Assembly: GCA_964016885.1 (NCBI GenBank)
Contig: OZ024743.1
Span: forward strand, 84,072,001 to 84,136,000
DNA length: 64,000 bases
Source of the DNA: Eledone cirrhosa
Taxonomy: Eukaryota
Direction of reading: 5' to 3'
The notes under the pieces are model-generated. The model worked only from the letters and a program-made list of their open reading frames with translations. It did not search any database and was not told where the DNA came from. Position numbers and translations under genes: made by a program. Every line of letters starts with the position of its first letter. Positions within the stretch are counted from its first letter, which is position 1. This document shows positions 15,001 to 29,195 of the stretch, in pieces.

Positions 15001-18000
15001 TACCTGCTTTTTTTTTTTTTTTTGTGGTTACCACCTCAAACTAACATCAAAGGTGTTTGCAAATGACTATTTTCCCACACATTATCAATGAATATGACAT
15101 GGGAATCTATCATTTACAATTGGTTTCCATTTCATAACTTCACCAAACCAAACCACACCATACCAAGTTACACCATACTCCATCACTCCAAGCTATTGAT
15201 CTTGGTGTGAAACATTTTCCTCCCGTTTCCTTTTTTTTTTTTTGTGTGTGCTTACCACCCAATCTGACATTAAAGGTGCTCCTAATTGACTATTTTTTTT
15301 CCACTTATCAATAATTATGACATGGAAACCTCTTGAAAATGACTATCTTTCTAGAAACTTCACCAAACCACACCATACAACATCACACCAAGCTATTGAT
15401 TTTAGTGTGACAAATTTTCATCCGGCAATTTTTTTTTTTATTCTATTTTTTTTTTTGTGCTTACCACCCAATTTAACATAAATGATGCTCGCAAATTACT
15501 ATTTTATGCACATATTATCAATGGTTATGACATGGAAACCTGATGAAAATGACTAGCTTTGTAGAAAAAAGAGGGAGGATGTAGGTGGAAATACTATTTA
15601 CAAAGCTAGTCATTTTTTATTGCAGTGGAAGTCATATTTTTTGTTAATATACTAAAAGCATAGTCCACTGCGAGCTTCTTGGAAGTTGTATTAGTTGATA
15701 GCACATGCAAAAGTGAAGGAAAAAATTTTTTTCTTACATAAATCAAAGTGGAAATTTAAATCCTTACTTATAACAAAGCACACCACATTAATCTACCCCA
15801 AACCACACCATATCAAACAGCACCCTATTATGGTAAATAATACCACCCAAACTAACATCAAAGGTGCTTGCAAATGACTATTTTCCCACATTATCAATGA
15901 ATACGACATAGGAATCTATCGTTTACAATTGGTTTCCATTTCATAACTTCACCAAACCAAACCACACCATACCAAGTTACACCATACTACATCACACCAA
16001 GCTATTGATCTTGGTGTGAAACATTTTTTTTTTCTGTGTGCTTACTACCCAATCTGACATTAAAGGTGCTCCCAATTTACTTTTTTTTTCCCATATCAAT
16101 AATTATGACATGGAAACCTGTCGAAAATGACTATCTTTGTAGAAACTTCACCAAACCACACCATACTACATCACACCAGGCTATTGATTCTGGTGTGACA
16201 AATTTTCATTTGGCATTTTTTTTTTTTTTTTTTTGTGCTTACCACCCAGTTTAACATAAATGATGCTCGCAAATTACTATTTTATATACATATTATCAAT
16301 GGTTATGACATGGAAACCTGATGAAAATGACTAGCTTTGTAGAAAAAAGAGGGAGGATGTGGGTGGAAATACCATTTACAAAGCTAGTCATTTTTTATTG
16401 CATATTTTTTGTTAATATGCTAAAAACATAGTCCACTGCTAGCATCTTGCAAGTTGATAGCACATGCAAAAATGAAGGAAAAAAATTTTTTCTAACATAA
16501 ATCAAAGTGGAAATTTAAATCCTCACTTGTAACAAAGCACACCACAGCACATTAATCTACCACAATCCACACCATAAATTCACCATAACCATACTTCACT
16601 ATATGGTAAATTTATTACGGAACACCTCATACCATTTACATCACACCATGGTATGTACATCAATATGACAAATTTGCTACCTGCTTTTTTTTTTTTTTTG
16701 TGGTTACCACCTCAAACTAACATCAAAGGTGTTTGCAAATGACTATTTTCCCACACATTATCAATGAATATGACATGGGAATCTATCATTTACAATTGGT
16801 TTCCATTTCATAACTTCACCAAACCAAACCACACCATACCAAGTTACACCATACTCCATCACTCCAAGCTATTGATCTTGGTGTGAAACATTTTCCTCCC
16901 GTTTCCTTTTTTTTTTTTGTGTGTGCTTACCACCCAATCTGACATTAAAGGTGCTCCTAATTGACTATTTTTTTTCCACTTATCAATAATTATGACATGG
17001 AAACCTCTTGAAAATGACTATCTTTCTAGAAACTTCACCAAACCACACCATACAACATCACACCAAGCTATTGATTTTAGTGTGACAAATTTTCATCCGG
17101 CAATTTTTTTTTTATTCTATTTTTTTTTTTGTGCTTACCACCCAATTTAACATAAATGATGCTCGCAAATTACTATTTTATGCACATATTATCAATGGTT
17201 ATGACATGGAAACCTGATGAAAATGACTAGCTTTGTAGAAAAAAGAGGGAGGATGTAGGTGGAAATACTATTTACAAAGCTAGTCATTTTTTATTGCAGT
17301 GGAAGTCATATTTTTTGTTAATATACTAAAAGCATAGTCCACTGCGAGCTTCTTGGAAGTTGTATTAGTTGATAGCACATGCAAAAGTGAAGGAAAAAAT
17401 TTTTTTCTTACATAAATCAAAGTGGAAATTTAAATCCTTACTTATAACAAAGCACACCACATTAATCTACCCCAAACCACACCATATCAAACAGCACCAT
17501 ATTATGGTAAATTTATTACAGAACACCTACTCCTATCATTTACATCACACCATGGTATAGACATCAATGTGACAAATTTGCTACCTGCTTTTTTTTTTTT
17601 TTGTGGTTACCACCCAAACTAACATCAAACCATACAACATCACACCAAGCTATTGATTTTGGTGTGACAAATTTTATACTAAAAGCATAGTTCACTGCGA
17701 GCATGTTGCAAGTTGATAGCACATGCAAAAATGAAGGAAAAAAATTTTTTGTAACATAAATCAAAGTGGAAATTTAAATCCTCACTTATAACAAAGCACA
17801 CCACAGCACATTAATCTACCACAATCCACACCATAAATTCACCATAACCATACTTCACTATATGGTAAATTTATTACAGAACACCTCATACCATTTACAT
17901 CACACCATGGTATGTACATCAATATGACAAATTTGCTACCTGCTTTTTTTTTTTTTTTGTGGTTACCACCTCAAACTAACATCAAAGGTGTTTGCAAATG

Positions 18001-21000
18001 ACTATTTTCCCACACATTATCACTGAATATGACATGGGAATCTATCGTTTAGAATTGGTTTCCATTTCATAACTTCACCAAACCAAACCAAACCACACCA
18101 CACCATACCAAGTTACACCATACTACATCACTCCAAGCTATTGATCTTGGTGTGAAACATTTTCCTCCCGTTTCCTTTTTTTTTCTTGTGTGTGCTTACC
18201 ACCCAATCTGACATTAAAGGTGCTCCCAATTGACTATTATTTTTCCACTTATCAATAATTATGACATGGAAACCTCTTGAAAATGACTATCTTTCTAGAA
18301 ACTTCACCAAACCACACCATACAACATCACACCAAGCTATTGATTTTAGTGTGACAAATTTTCACCCGGCAATTTTTTTTTTTTATTCTCTTTTTTTTTG
18401 TGCTTACCACCCAATTTAACATAAATGATGCTCGCAAATTACTATTTTATGCACATATTATCAATGGTTATGACATGGAAACCTGATGAAAATGACTAGC
18501 TTTGTAGAAAAAAGAGGGAGGATGTAGGTGGAAATACTATTTACAAAGCTAGTCATTTTTTATTGCAGTGGAAGTCATATTTTTTGTTAATATACTAAAA
18601 GCATAGTCCACTGCGAGCTTCTTGGAAGTTGTATTAGTTGATAGCACATGCAAAAGTGAAGGAAAAAATTTTTTTCTTACATAAATCAAAGTGGAAATTT
18701 AATTCCTTACTTATAACAGAGCACACCACACCACACCACACCACATTAATCTACCCCAAACCACACCATATCAAACAGCACCCTATTATGGTAAATAATA
18801 CCACCCAAACTCACATCAAAGGTGCTTGCAAATGACTATTTTCCCACATTATCAATGAATACGACATAGGAATCTATCGTTTACAATTGGTTTCCATTTC
18901 ATAACTTCACCAAACCAAACCACACCATACCAAGTTACACCATACTACATCACACCAAGCTATTGATCTTGGTGTGAAACATTTTTTTTTTCTGTGTGCT
19001 TACTACCCAATCTGACATTAAAGGTGCTCCCAATTTACTTTTTTTTTCCCATATCAATAATTATGACATGGAAACCTGTCGAAAATGACTATCTTTGTAG
19101 AAACTTCACCAAACCACACCATACTACATCACACCAGGCTATTGATTCTGGTGTGACAAATTTTCATTTGGCATTTTTTTTTTTTTTTTTTTTGTGCTTA
19201 CCACCCAGTTTAACATAAATGATGCTCGCAAATTACTATTTTATATACATATTATCAATGGTTATGACATGGAAACCTGATGAAAATGACTAGCTTTGTA
19301 GAAAAAAGAGGGAGGATGTGGGTGGAAATACCATTTACAAAGCTAGTCATTTTTTATTGCATATTTTTTGTTAATATGCTAAAAACATAGTCCACTGCTA
19401 GCATCTTGCAAGTTGATAGCACATGCAAAAATGAAGGAAAAAAATTTTTTCTAACATAAATCAAAGTGGAAATTTAAATCCTCACTTGTAACAAAGCACA
19501 CCACAGCACATTAATCTACCACAATCCACACCATAAATTCACCATAACCATACTTCACTATATGGTAAATTTATTACGGAACACCTCATACCATTTACAT
19601 CACACCATGGTATGTACATCAATATGACAAATTTGCTACCTGCTTTTTTTTTTTTTTTGTGGTTACGACCTCAAACTAACATCAAAGGTGTTTGCAAATG
19701 ACTATTTTCCCACACATTATCAATGAATATGACATGGGAATCTATCATTTACAATTGGTTTCCATTTCATAACTTCACCAAACCAAACCACACCATACCA
19801 AGTTACACCATACTCCATCACTCCAAGCTATTGATCTTGGTGTGAAACATTTTCCTCCCGTTTCCTTTTTTTTTTTTGTGTGTGCTTACCACCCAATCTG
19901 ACATTAAAGGTGCTCCTAATTGACTATTTTTTTTCCACTTATCAATAATTATGACATGGAAACCTCTTGAAAATGACTATCTTTCTAGAAACTTCACCAA
20001 ACCACACCATACAACATCACACCAAGCTATTGATTTTAGTGTGACAAATTTTCATCCGGCAATTTTTTTTTTTATTCTATTTTTTTTTTGTGCTTACCAC
20101 CCAATTTAACATAAATGATGCTCGCAAATTACTATTTTATGCACATATTATCAATGGTTATGACATGGAAACCTGATGAAAATGACTAGCTTTGTAGAAA
20201 AAAGAGGGAGGATGTAGGTGGAAATACTATTTACAAAGCTAGTCATTTTTTATTGCAGTGGAAGTCATATTTTTTGTTAATATACTAAAAGCATAGTCCA
20301 CTGCGAGCTTCTTGGAAGTTGTATTAGTTGATAGCACATGCAAAAGTGAAGGAAAAAATTTTTTTCTTACATAAATCAAAGTGGAAATTTAAATCCTTAC
20401 TTATAACAAAGCACACCCCATTAATCTACCCCAAACCACACCATATCAAACAGCACCATATTATGGTAAATTTATTACAGAACACCTACTCCTATCATTT
20501 ACATCACACCATGGTATAGACATCAATGTGACAAATTTGCTACCTGCTTTTTTTTTTTTTTGTGGTTACCACCCAAACTAACATCAAACCATACAACATC
20601 ACACCAAGCTATTGATTTTGGTGTGACAAATTTTATACTAAAAGCATAGTTCACTGCGAGCATGTTGCAAGTTGATAGCACATGCAAAAATGAAGGAAAA
20701 AAATTTTTTGTAACATAAATCAAAGTGGAAATTTAAATCCTCACTTATAACAAAGCACACCACAGCACATTAATCTACCACAATCCACACCATAAATTCA
20801 CCATAACCATACTTCACTATATGGTAAATTTATTACAGAACACCTCATACCATTTACATCACACCATGGTATGTACATCAATATGACAAATTTGCTACCT
20901 GCTTTTTTTTTTTTTTTGTGGTTACCACCTCAAACTAACATCAAAGGTGTTTGCAAATGACTATTTTCCCACACATTATCACTGAATATGACATGGGAAT

Positions 21001-24000
21001 CTATCGTTTAGAATTGGTTTCCATTTCATAACTTCACCAAACCAAACCAAACCACACCACACCATACCAAGTTACACCATACTACATCACTCCAAGCTAT
21101 TGATCTTGGTGTGAAACATTTTCCTCCCGTTTCCTTTTTTTTTCTTGTGTGTGCTTACCACCCAATCTGACATTAAAGGTGCTCCCAATTGACTATTATT
21201 TTTCCACTTATCAATAATTATGACATGGAAACCTCTTGAAAATGACTATCTTTCTAGAAACTTCACCAAACCACACCATACAACATCACACCAAGCTATT
21301 GATTTTAGTGTGACAAATTTTCACCCGGCAATTTTTTTTTTTTATTCTCTTTTTTTTTGTGCTTACCACCCAATTTAACATAAATGGTGCTCGCAAATTA
21401 CTATTTTATGCACATATTATCAATGGTTATGACATGGAAACCTGATGAAAATGACTAGCTTTGTAGAAAAAAGAGGGAGGATGTGGGTGGAAATACTATT
21501 TACAAAGCTAGTCATTTTTTATTGCAGTGGAGGTCATATTTTTTGTTAATATACTAAAAGCATAGTCCACTGCGAGTTTCTTGGAAGTTGTATTAGTTGA
21601 TAGCACATGCAAAAGTGAAGGAAAAAATTTTTTTCTTACATAAATCAAAGTGGAAATTTAATTCCTTACTTATAACAAAGCACACCACACCACACCACAC
21701 CACATTAATCTACCCCAAACCACACCATATCAAACAGCACCATATTATGGTAAATTTATTACAGTCACCTACTCCTATCATTTACATCACACCATGGTAT
21801 AGACATCAATGTGACAAATTTGCTACCTGCTTTTTTTTTTTTTTTTTGTGGTTACCACCCAAACTAACATCAGAGGTGCTTGCAAATGACTATTTTCCCA
21901 CATTATCAATGAATATGACATGGGAATCTATCGTTTACAATTGGTTTCCATTTCATAACTTCACCAAACCAAACCACACCATAACAAGTTACACCATACT
22001 ACATCACACCAAGCTATTGATCTTGGTGTGAAACATTTTTTTTTTCTGTGTACTTACTACCCAATCTGACATTAAAGGTGCTCCCAATTTACTTTTTTTT
22101 TCCCATATCAATAATTATGACATGGAAACCTGTCGAAAATGACTATCTTTGTAGAAACTTCACCAAACCACACCATACTACATCACACCAAGCTATTGAT
22201 TCTGGTGTGACAAATTTTCATTTGGCATTTTTTTTTTTTTTTTTTGTGCCTACCACCCAATTTAACATAAATGATGCTCGCAAATTACTATTTTATATAC
22301 ATATTATCAATGGTTATCACATGGAAACCTGATGAAAATGACTAGCTTTGTAGAAAAAGAGGGAGGATGTGGGTGGAAATACCATTTACAAAGCTAGTCA
22401 TTTTTTATTGCAGCGGAAGTCATATTTTTTGTTAATATGCTAAAAGCATAGTCCACTGCTAGCATCTTGCAAGTTGATAGCACATGAAAAAATGAAGGAA
22501 AAAAATTTTTTCTAACATAAATCAAAGTGCAAATTTAAATCCTCACTTGTAACAAAGCACACCACAGCACATTAATCTACCACAATCCACACCATAAATT
22601 CACCATAACCATACTTCACTATATGGTAAATTTATTACGGAACACCTCATACCATTTACATCACACCATGGTATGTACATCAATATGACAAATTTGCTAC
22701 CTGCTTTTTTTTTTTTTGTGTGGTTACCACCTCAAACTAACATCAAAGGTGCTTGCAAATGACTATTTTCCCACACATTATCAATGAATATGACATGGGA
22801 ATCTATCATTTACAATTGGTTTCCATTTCATAACTTCACCAAACCAAACCAAACCACACCACACCATACCAAGTTACACCATACTACATCGCACCAAGCT
22901 ATTGATCTTGGTGTGAAACATTTTCTTCCCGTTTCCTTTTTTTTTTTTTTGTGTGCTTACCACCCAATCTGACATTAAAGGTGCTCCCAATTGACTATTT
23001 TTTTCCACTTATCAAAAATTATGACATGGAAACCTGTCGAAAATGACTATCTTTGTAGAAACTTCACCAAACCACACCATACTACATCACACCAAGATAT
23101 TGATTTTGGTGTGACAAATTTTCATCCGGCCAATTTTTTTTTTTTTTTTTTTTGTGCTTACCACACAATTTAACATAAATGATGCTCGCAAATTACTATT
23201 TTATGCACATATTATCAATGGTTATGACATGGAAATCTGATGAAAATGACTAGCTTTGTGGAAAAAAGAGGGAGGATGTGGGTGGAAATACCATTTACAA
23301 AGCTAGTCATTTTTTATTGCAACGGAAGTCATATTTTTTGTTAATATGCTAAAAGCATAGTCCACTGCGAGCATCTTGCAAGTTGATAGCACATGCAAAA
23401 ATGAAGGAAAAAAATTTTTTGTAACATAAATCAAAGTGGAAATTTAAATCCTCACTTATAACAAAGCACACCACAGCACATTAATCTAGCCCAATCCACA
23501 CAATAAATTCACCATAACCATACTTCACTATATGGTAAATTTATTACAGAACACCTCATACCACTTACATCACACCATGGTATGTACATCAATATGACAA
23601 ATTTGCTACCTGCTTTTTTTTTTTTTTTTTTTGTGGTTACCACCTCAAACTAACATCAAAGGTGCTTGCAAATGACTATTTTCCCACACATTATCAATGA
23701 ATATGATATGGGAATCTATCATTTACAATTGGTTTCCATTTCATAACTTCACCAAACCAAACCACACCATAACAAGTTACACCATACTACATCACACCAA
23801 GCTATTGATCTTGGTGTGAAACATTTTTTTTTTCTGTGTGCTTACTACCCAATCTGACATTAAAGGTGCTCCCAATTTACTTTTTTTTTCCCATATCAAT
23901 AATTATGACATGGAAACCTGTCGAAAATGACTATCTTTGTAGAAACTTCACCAAACCACACCATACTACATCACACCAAGCTATTGATTCTGGTGTGACA

Positions 24001-24580
24001 AATTTTCATTTGGCATTTTTTTTTTTTTTTTGTGCTTCCCACCCAATTTAACATAAATGATGCTCGCAAATTACTATTTTATATACATATTATCAATGGT
24101 TATGACATGGAAACCTGATGAAAATGACTAGCTTTGTAGAAAAAAGAGGGAGGATGTGGGTGGAAATACCATTTACAAAGCTAGTCATTTTTTATTGCAG
24201 CAGAAGTCATATTTTTTGTTAATATGCTAAAAGCATAGTCCACTGCAAGCATCTTGCAAGTTGATAGCACATGCAAAAATGAAGGAAAAAATTTTTTTTC
24301 TAACATAAATCAAAGTGGAAATTTAAATGCTCACTTATAACAAAGCACACCACAGCACATTAATCTACACCAATCCTTTGAAACCTATCGTCAATGAATA
24401 GCTTCGTAGAAAAATGAAGGCAGAAAGTGGGTGGAAAAACCATTCACAAAGCTAGTCATTTTTATTTGCTGTGGAAATCATATTTGTTGTTAATATGCTA
24501 AAAAAATAGTCAATTGCAAACATTTTGGAGGTCGGATTAGTTGATAGGACATAAAAAAACAAAGGGAAACAAATATTGTG
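1..24580. repeat. Complex satellite array with 1.67-1.69-kb (L) and 1.27-kb (S) higher-order units built from ~790-900-bp monomers containing ~200-bp subrepeats; continues off the left edge
   Basis: The same sequence recurs at 83, 1771, 3458, ~5147, 6830, 8504, 9774, 11044, 12733, 14003, 15695, 17369, 18638, 20328 and 21597. Diverged terminal monomers run 21.6-24.58 kb. Confidence 0.97.
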
Positions 24581-24589
24581 TATATGTTC

Positions 24590-24685
24590 CTGTGGAAAGT
24601 CGGGTCTTCTGTATTACTGTGTGATGCCAGAGGTCATGGTCGTGTGTCATTGCCCTTGAGAGGTGCAATTGGGAAAGGTCGGCTT
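24590..24685 (-). mobile_element. Short RTE LINE ORF C-terminal fragment
   Basis: The reverse complement reads ADLSQLHLSRAMTHDHDLWHHTVIQKTRL, similar to SDLTHLHLSKTMSLDRDLWRYSVTEKTRL at the end of the intact RTE ORF. Confidence 0.75.
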
Positions 24686-24686
24686 A

Positions 24687-25172
24687 GAAATATTTACTTC
24701 TGCGTTCACAGATTGATTTTTTTTTAGTTTCAGAAGATCCCATTAAGGGTGAAAGCAGCCGATTCTTTGCTTAAACTGTTATTTTAATAAATATTTGCTC
24801 TACAGTTCTTATATATTTATATATATTTATCCTTATCGAGCCCTCTTTGGATGTTAGTCTTCAAATTTATTATTATTACTATTTGACTCCCTTGACTTAT
24901 ATTCATCATGCAGAAACATCTGAATATTTCTACGAAGAACATACCCGTATCAAGCAGGAAGAAATACCTAAAACTACGTCTCCACGAACCAAAGTATCGC
25001 CTTCCTGTCTTCCTTCGGTTGCAACGTTTTTCGAAATATTTACTTCTGCGTTCACAGAGTGATTTTTTTTTTTTTTTTAGTTTCAGAAGATCCCATTATG
25101 GGTGAAAGCAGCCGATTCTTTGCTTAAACTTTAATCTGTTATTTTAATAAATATTTGCTCTACGGTTCTTAT
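24687..25172. repeat. Local ~140-bp direct duplication (about 24687-24822 and 25033-25172)
   Basis: gaaatatttacttctgcgttcacaga...gggtgaaagcagccgattctttgcttaaact...aaatatttgctctac occurs twice. Confidence 0.85.
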
Positions 25173-25180
25173 ACAATTAT

Positions 25181-25244
<64 letters not shown>

Positions 25245-25268
25245 TGTGTGCATGTGTGTATATATATT

Positions 25269-25585
25269 GAGAGCATTGGCCTTGCAATCAAAAGGTTGTG
25301 AGTTCAATTCTCAAACCGGGTGATGTGTTGTTTCCTTGAGCAAGACACTTTATTTCACATTGCTCCAGTTTACTCAGTTGTAGAAATGAGATGATAGGAC
25401 TGGGGTCCCTATCATTCCACTGCAAAGTGGTCGTGGAGGTGCCACGGCAAAAAAGCACCCAGCCCACACTGTAAATGAGGTTGGTGTTAGGAAGGGCATC
25501 CAGCTGTAGAAATCAAGCCAGAATCAGTTCCCGTCCCACCCTTGCAAGCAGGGAAAAAGTGGACGTAAAATGAAATGATGATGAA
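25269..25585 (+). mobile_element. tRNA-derived SINE (family A) with RTE-like 3' tail, head slightly truncated
   Basis: B-box-like GAGTTCAATTC. The 3' part (cacactgtaaat..ggttggtgttaggaagggcatcca..ggacgtaaaatg, (GAT)n) matches the RTE 3' UTR at 53990-54160. Near-identical to 54662-54980. Confidence 0.85.
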
Positions 25586-25918
25586 TGCTCCCAGCTGTGG
25601 TCACCCCATAGTATCAAACTAACCATGGAGCTTGAAGCAATCCAATGAAGCTACACCAAGAAGGTTGCCACGATGAAGGAGATAAACTACTGGGAGAGTT
25701 TAAAAGAACTGAAACTCTACTCCTCGGAATTAAGATGGGAGAGATATGCAATGATATACATATGGAAAATCCTGCGAGGACTAAGACCAAACTTTCGCAT
25801 TCAGAGCTGGACCAATTCTCGAACAGGACGTCACTGTGTGGTACCAAAGGTCCCATCTTCCACATTTAGAATCAGGGGCAGCTTTTGCAATAGCCTGGGG
25901 TTCAAAGGCCCTCAACTT
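25586..25918 (+). mobile_element. CR1/L2-group LINE ORF2 3' fragment
   Basis: ORF 25673-25975 (YWESLKELKLYSSELRWERYAMIYIWKIL...GFKGPQL). Same family as 28676-29195. Confidence 0.75.
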
Positions 25919-25987
25919 GGTTTTCAAAATTTAAATTTGTTTCCTATTCATCAATGCTTCAAGCAAGCTATATAACTCTGTTATATT

Positions 25988-26348
25988 TCATCATCATCAT
26001 TTTATGTCAGTTCTTCTACGCTAGCATGGGTTGTCCTGTTGTGGGCAGTGTCCATTCGGCTGACCTTGTCTTGCTCATACGGGAACTGATTCTGTCTTGA
26101 TTTCTACAGCTGGATGCCCTTCCTAACACCAACCTCATTTACAGTGAGTGCTGTTTGTTTTTTTTTTGCAGTGGAATGATAGGGACCCCAGTCCTATCAT
26201 CTCATCTCATTTCTACAGCTGAGTAAACTGGAGCAATGTGAAATAAAGTGTCTTGCTCAAGGAAACAACACATCACCCGGTCCAAGAATTAAACTCACAA
26301 CCTTTCAATTGCAAGCCCAATGCTCTAACCACTGAGCCATGTGCCTTC
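25988..26348 (-). mobile_element. SINE family A copy, inverted relative to 25269-25585
   Basis: Reverse complement of the tRNA-like head (ctctaaccactgagccatgtgcc), the central domain and the (CAT)n tail. Confidence 0.8.
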
Positions 26349-26359
26349 TATTGTTGGCA

Positions 26360-27290
26360 ATGTTAGGTCAGGTGACCATGTCTTGCTCATAAAGAACTGA
26401 TTTTGGCTTGGTTTCTACAGCTGGATGCCCTTCCTAATGCCAAGCTCATTTACAGTGAGTACTGGGTGTTTTTTGTTGTGATTCCTCCACGACTACTTTA
26501 CAGTATTTTTTACCGTGTCACCATCACGACCACTTTACAGTGTTTCGGCCTGTTCTCATGAAAGATATATTGGCGGGTGGGACGGAGTGGTGCATACTGT
26601 ATGTATGTTTCAGCCTTGGCCTGGGCCCGTGGGAAGTTGGGGTTTCTGTATTACCTCTTAACGCCAGAGATCTTGGTCCTGTATCATTGCCTTTCAGAGG
26701 TGCAATTGGGCAAGGTCGGCTTTTATCACTTCATCTCAAGTCTTTCTGGGACTTTATGTAGCTGTCATCCTTCATACGAATCACATGTCCATACTAACAT
26801 AATCTCCTCTCCTGCACACATTTGATTCCTCTTATGCCTAGTTTCTCTTTCAGTTTGTTTATGCTTTGCTGTTCGCGTATATTACTATTACACATCCATC
26901 GGAGCATACAAGCTTCATTCCTTTCTAATCTACGCAAGTCTTCTACACACAGCGCCCAGCTCTCACTACCATGCAACATTGCCGTTCATATGCACACATC
27001 ATACAGTCTACCTTTTATTCTGAGGGAAAAGCCTTTTGTATCCAGCTGTGGCAGTAGCTCTCTCAACTTCTTCCTTCCCGTTCTTTCAGAACACCCACCT
27101 CCGCTGCTAATTCGGTATTGTTTTTACCAAGTCCTCCCAGACTTTGATGTCACTTGTTTTCAGTGATTGTTTGCTGCTTACTGTCACATGTAAAGCCTAC
27201 ATTCTTAACATCCCACTACATCTCTTGTGTACCCATAGTTTGCATATGGAGTTTCTACCTACACCTCTCCTACATAATGAGCACACACAC
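26360..27290 (-). mobile_element. Degenerate 3' fragment of the PHD-bearing RTE family
   Basis: ORF 26794-26979 (MLHGSESWALCVEDLRRLERNEACMLRWMCNSNIRE) closely matches the intact ORF, followed by 3'-UTR-like sequence. Confidence 0.85.
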
Positions 27291-27324
27291 ACACACATAT
27301 ATATACACACACTCACATATATAT

Positions 27325-28352
27325 ACTAGCCGAATTACCAGCGCCTTGCTGCGTTTCACATATTTTTTTGTAAGAAAATGATGATTGATTTTAAATCAGT
27401 GATATAATTTATGGAGAAAAACTCAATATTACTCAATGTAAAATATAATGCATGAAAAATTGGAAAACATCATTTTTTGTAATATATCAAATCAAAATTG
27501 CATTATTAAATCTTATTCTTATTTTGTTTCTTGTAAATAATTTTTTTTTTAAATATCAATTGAAAACTTTTGTGAATAGGCATCATATCTTGTCATTTAC
27601 CTATGGTTTAAGTTTCATATAAATCGAAAGGGAAAAGTTTTTAGCGGGGGTTTGTACCCCTGGGGAACCCTAATAGGAGGTTTAACCACCATTAAGGTGT
27701 CTTATAGTATTGAAATTTTGTGAATAGGCATCATATCTCTTCATTTATCTATGGTTTAAATTACATATAAATCGAACCGAGCAAATTTTCAGCAGGGATT
27801 TTGTGCCCCCTGGTGAACCCTAATAGGGGGTTTAACCCCCATTAGGGTATTGTAATTTTATTGAAATTTGCTGAAATGATGTGAATAGGTATCATATCTT
27901 GTTTACCTATGGTTTAAATTGCATATAAATCGAAGGGAAAACATTTTCAGCAGGGGTTTGTGCCACCGGTGAACCCTAATAGGGGGTTTAACCCCCATTA
28001 GGGTATTTTAATTTTATTGAAATTTGCTGAAATTTTGTGAATAGGCATCACATCTTGTCATTTACCTATGGTTTAAATTTCATATAAATCAAAGGTAAAG
28101 TTTCAGCGGCGGTTTTGTGCCCCCGATGAACCCTTTGATTAAAATGAAATATACTTATACAAGTACCCTGGGCAATGTAGTTTCGGAATATATATGGTTA
28201 TGGGGGTCTATCTCCAAAACCATAGGAGGAGTTCGTAAAATCTTGTTCCATTTATTGGCCAAACTTTTCACTATAGGGAGTTTAACCCCCATTAGGGTGT
28301 CTTAATATTATTGAAATTTGCACACACACACACACACACACACATATTTATA
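27325..28352 (+). mobile_element. Non-autonomous Helitron-like element with internal ~150-170-bp tandem repeats
   Basis: Begins ACTAGCCGAATTACCAGCGCCTTGCTGCG. Has four copies of gtgaataggcatcatatct...tttacctatggtttaaattt..catataaatc with short palindromes, and ends in (CA)n. Resembles Lep1/HINE-type architecture (inference). Confidence 0.55.
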
Positions 28353-28531
28353 TCTTTTAGCAGAGCATTTTAATATTGCCACTCAATGAAAACCCTTGTT
28401 TGTTTGGAATAAATGAATCTTGAAAATTAGGAGTGCCTGTCAATGTGTATGTGTTTATCTACTTAGCATCAATTTACTACCCTCCCTACCACCAGAAAAT
28501 GTATAAATACCACCATATTACATTGACAGTC

Positions 28532-28583
28532 GGCTTTTCTGATGATTTCCTCCGAATGAAACAGTTCTAGTCCTGTTGAAGCC
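28532..28583 (+). ncRNA. Degenerate type-I hammerhead-ribozyme-like motif, possibly in a Penelope-like pLTR remnant
   Basis: GGCTTT(T)-CTGATGA-tTTC ctcc GAAt-GAAACAG ttctagtc CTGT-T-GAAGCC. All three stems can form imperfectly. TATAAA lies upstream and ATTAAA downstream. Confidence 0.4.
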
Positions 28584-28675
28584 ATTTCTATATTAAATAT
28601 ATATATATACTCTTTTAGCTGTTCCAGCCATTCGGCTGAGACCATGATTGGGTACTGCCCTTGTTGCTACACATT

Positions 28676-29195
28676 CTATCTCCAGCCTGTGTTGGCTGGC
28701 CATTGATGTAAGAGGGAGTTCGTTGCTGCTGCCCTTAGGTTACCTTCGTACCGTGATGTGGGCTCATCCGGGATCCTGGATAACAGGGTGTCGAGAAGTT
28801 TCTTGAAAATATCCATGACCACACCATGTAGATCTCTCAAATCCCTTGGCAGTTTGTTGAAGAGTTGAGGGCCTTTGAACCCCAGTCTATTGCAATATCT
28901 GCTTCTTGTTCTAGATGTGGAAGACGGCACCTTTGTCACCACACAGTGACGTCCTGTTCGGGGGTTGGTCCCGTCTCAATACCAAAGTTTGGCGCTAGTC
29001 CCTCCAGGATTTTCCATATGTATATCACTGCGTATCTCTCCTGTCTTCGTTCCAAGGAGTAGAGTTTCAGTTCTTTTAGCCTCTCCCAGTAGCTCATTTC
29101 CTTCATCGTGCAATCCTCTTGGTGTAGCTTCGTTGGATTGTCTCAAGTTCCGTGGTTAGTTTGATACTATGGGGTGACCACAGCTGGGAGCAATA
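28676..29195 (-). mobile_element. CR1/L2-group LINE 3' fragment
   Basis: ORF 28676-28942 (GFKGPQLFNKLPRDLRDL...FKKLLDTLLSRIPDEP...NSLLHQ) is a typical ORF2 C-terminus. Confidence 0.8.

Noticed and set aside
83-24051. Recurrent 60-144-aa ORFs (MIAHAKVKEK..., MCLLPNLT..., MIYVTKNFF...)
   Set aside because: These are satellite translations with non-ATG starts, and their frames change with poly-T length. No protein motifs.
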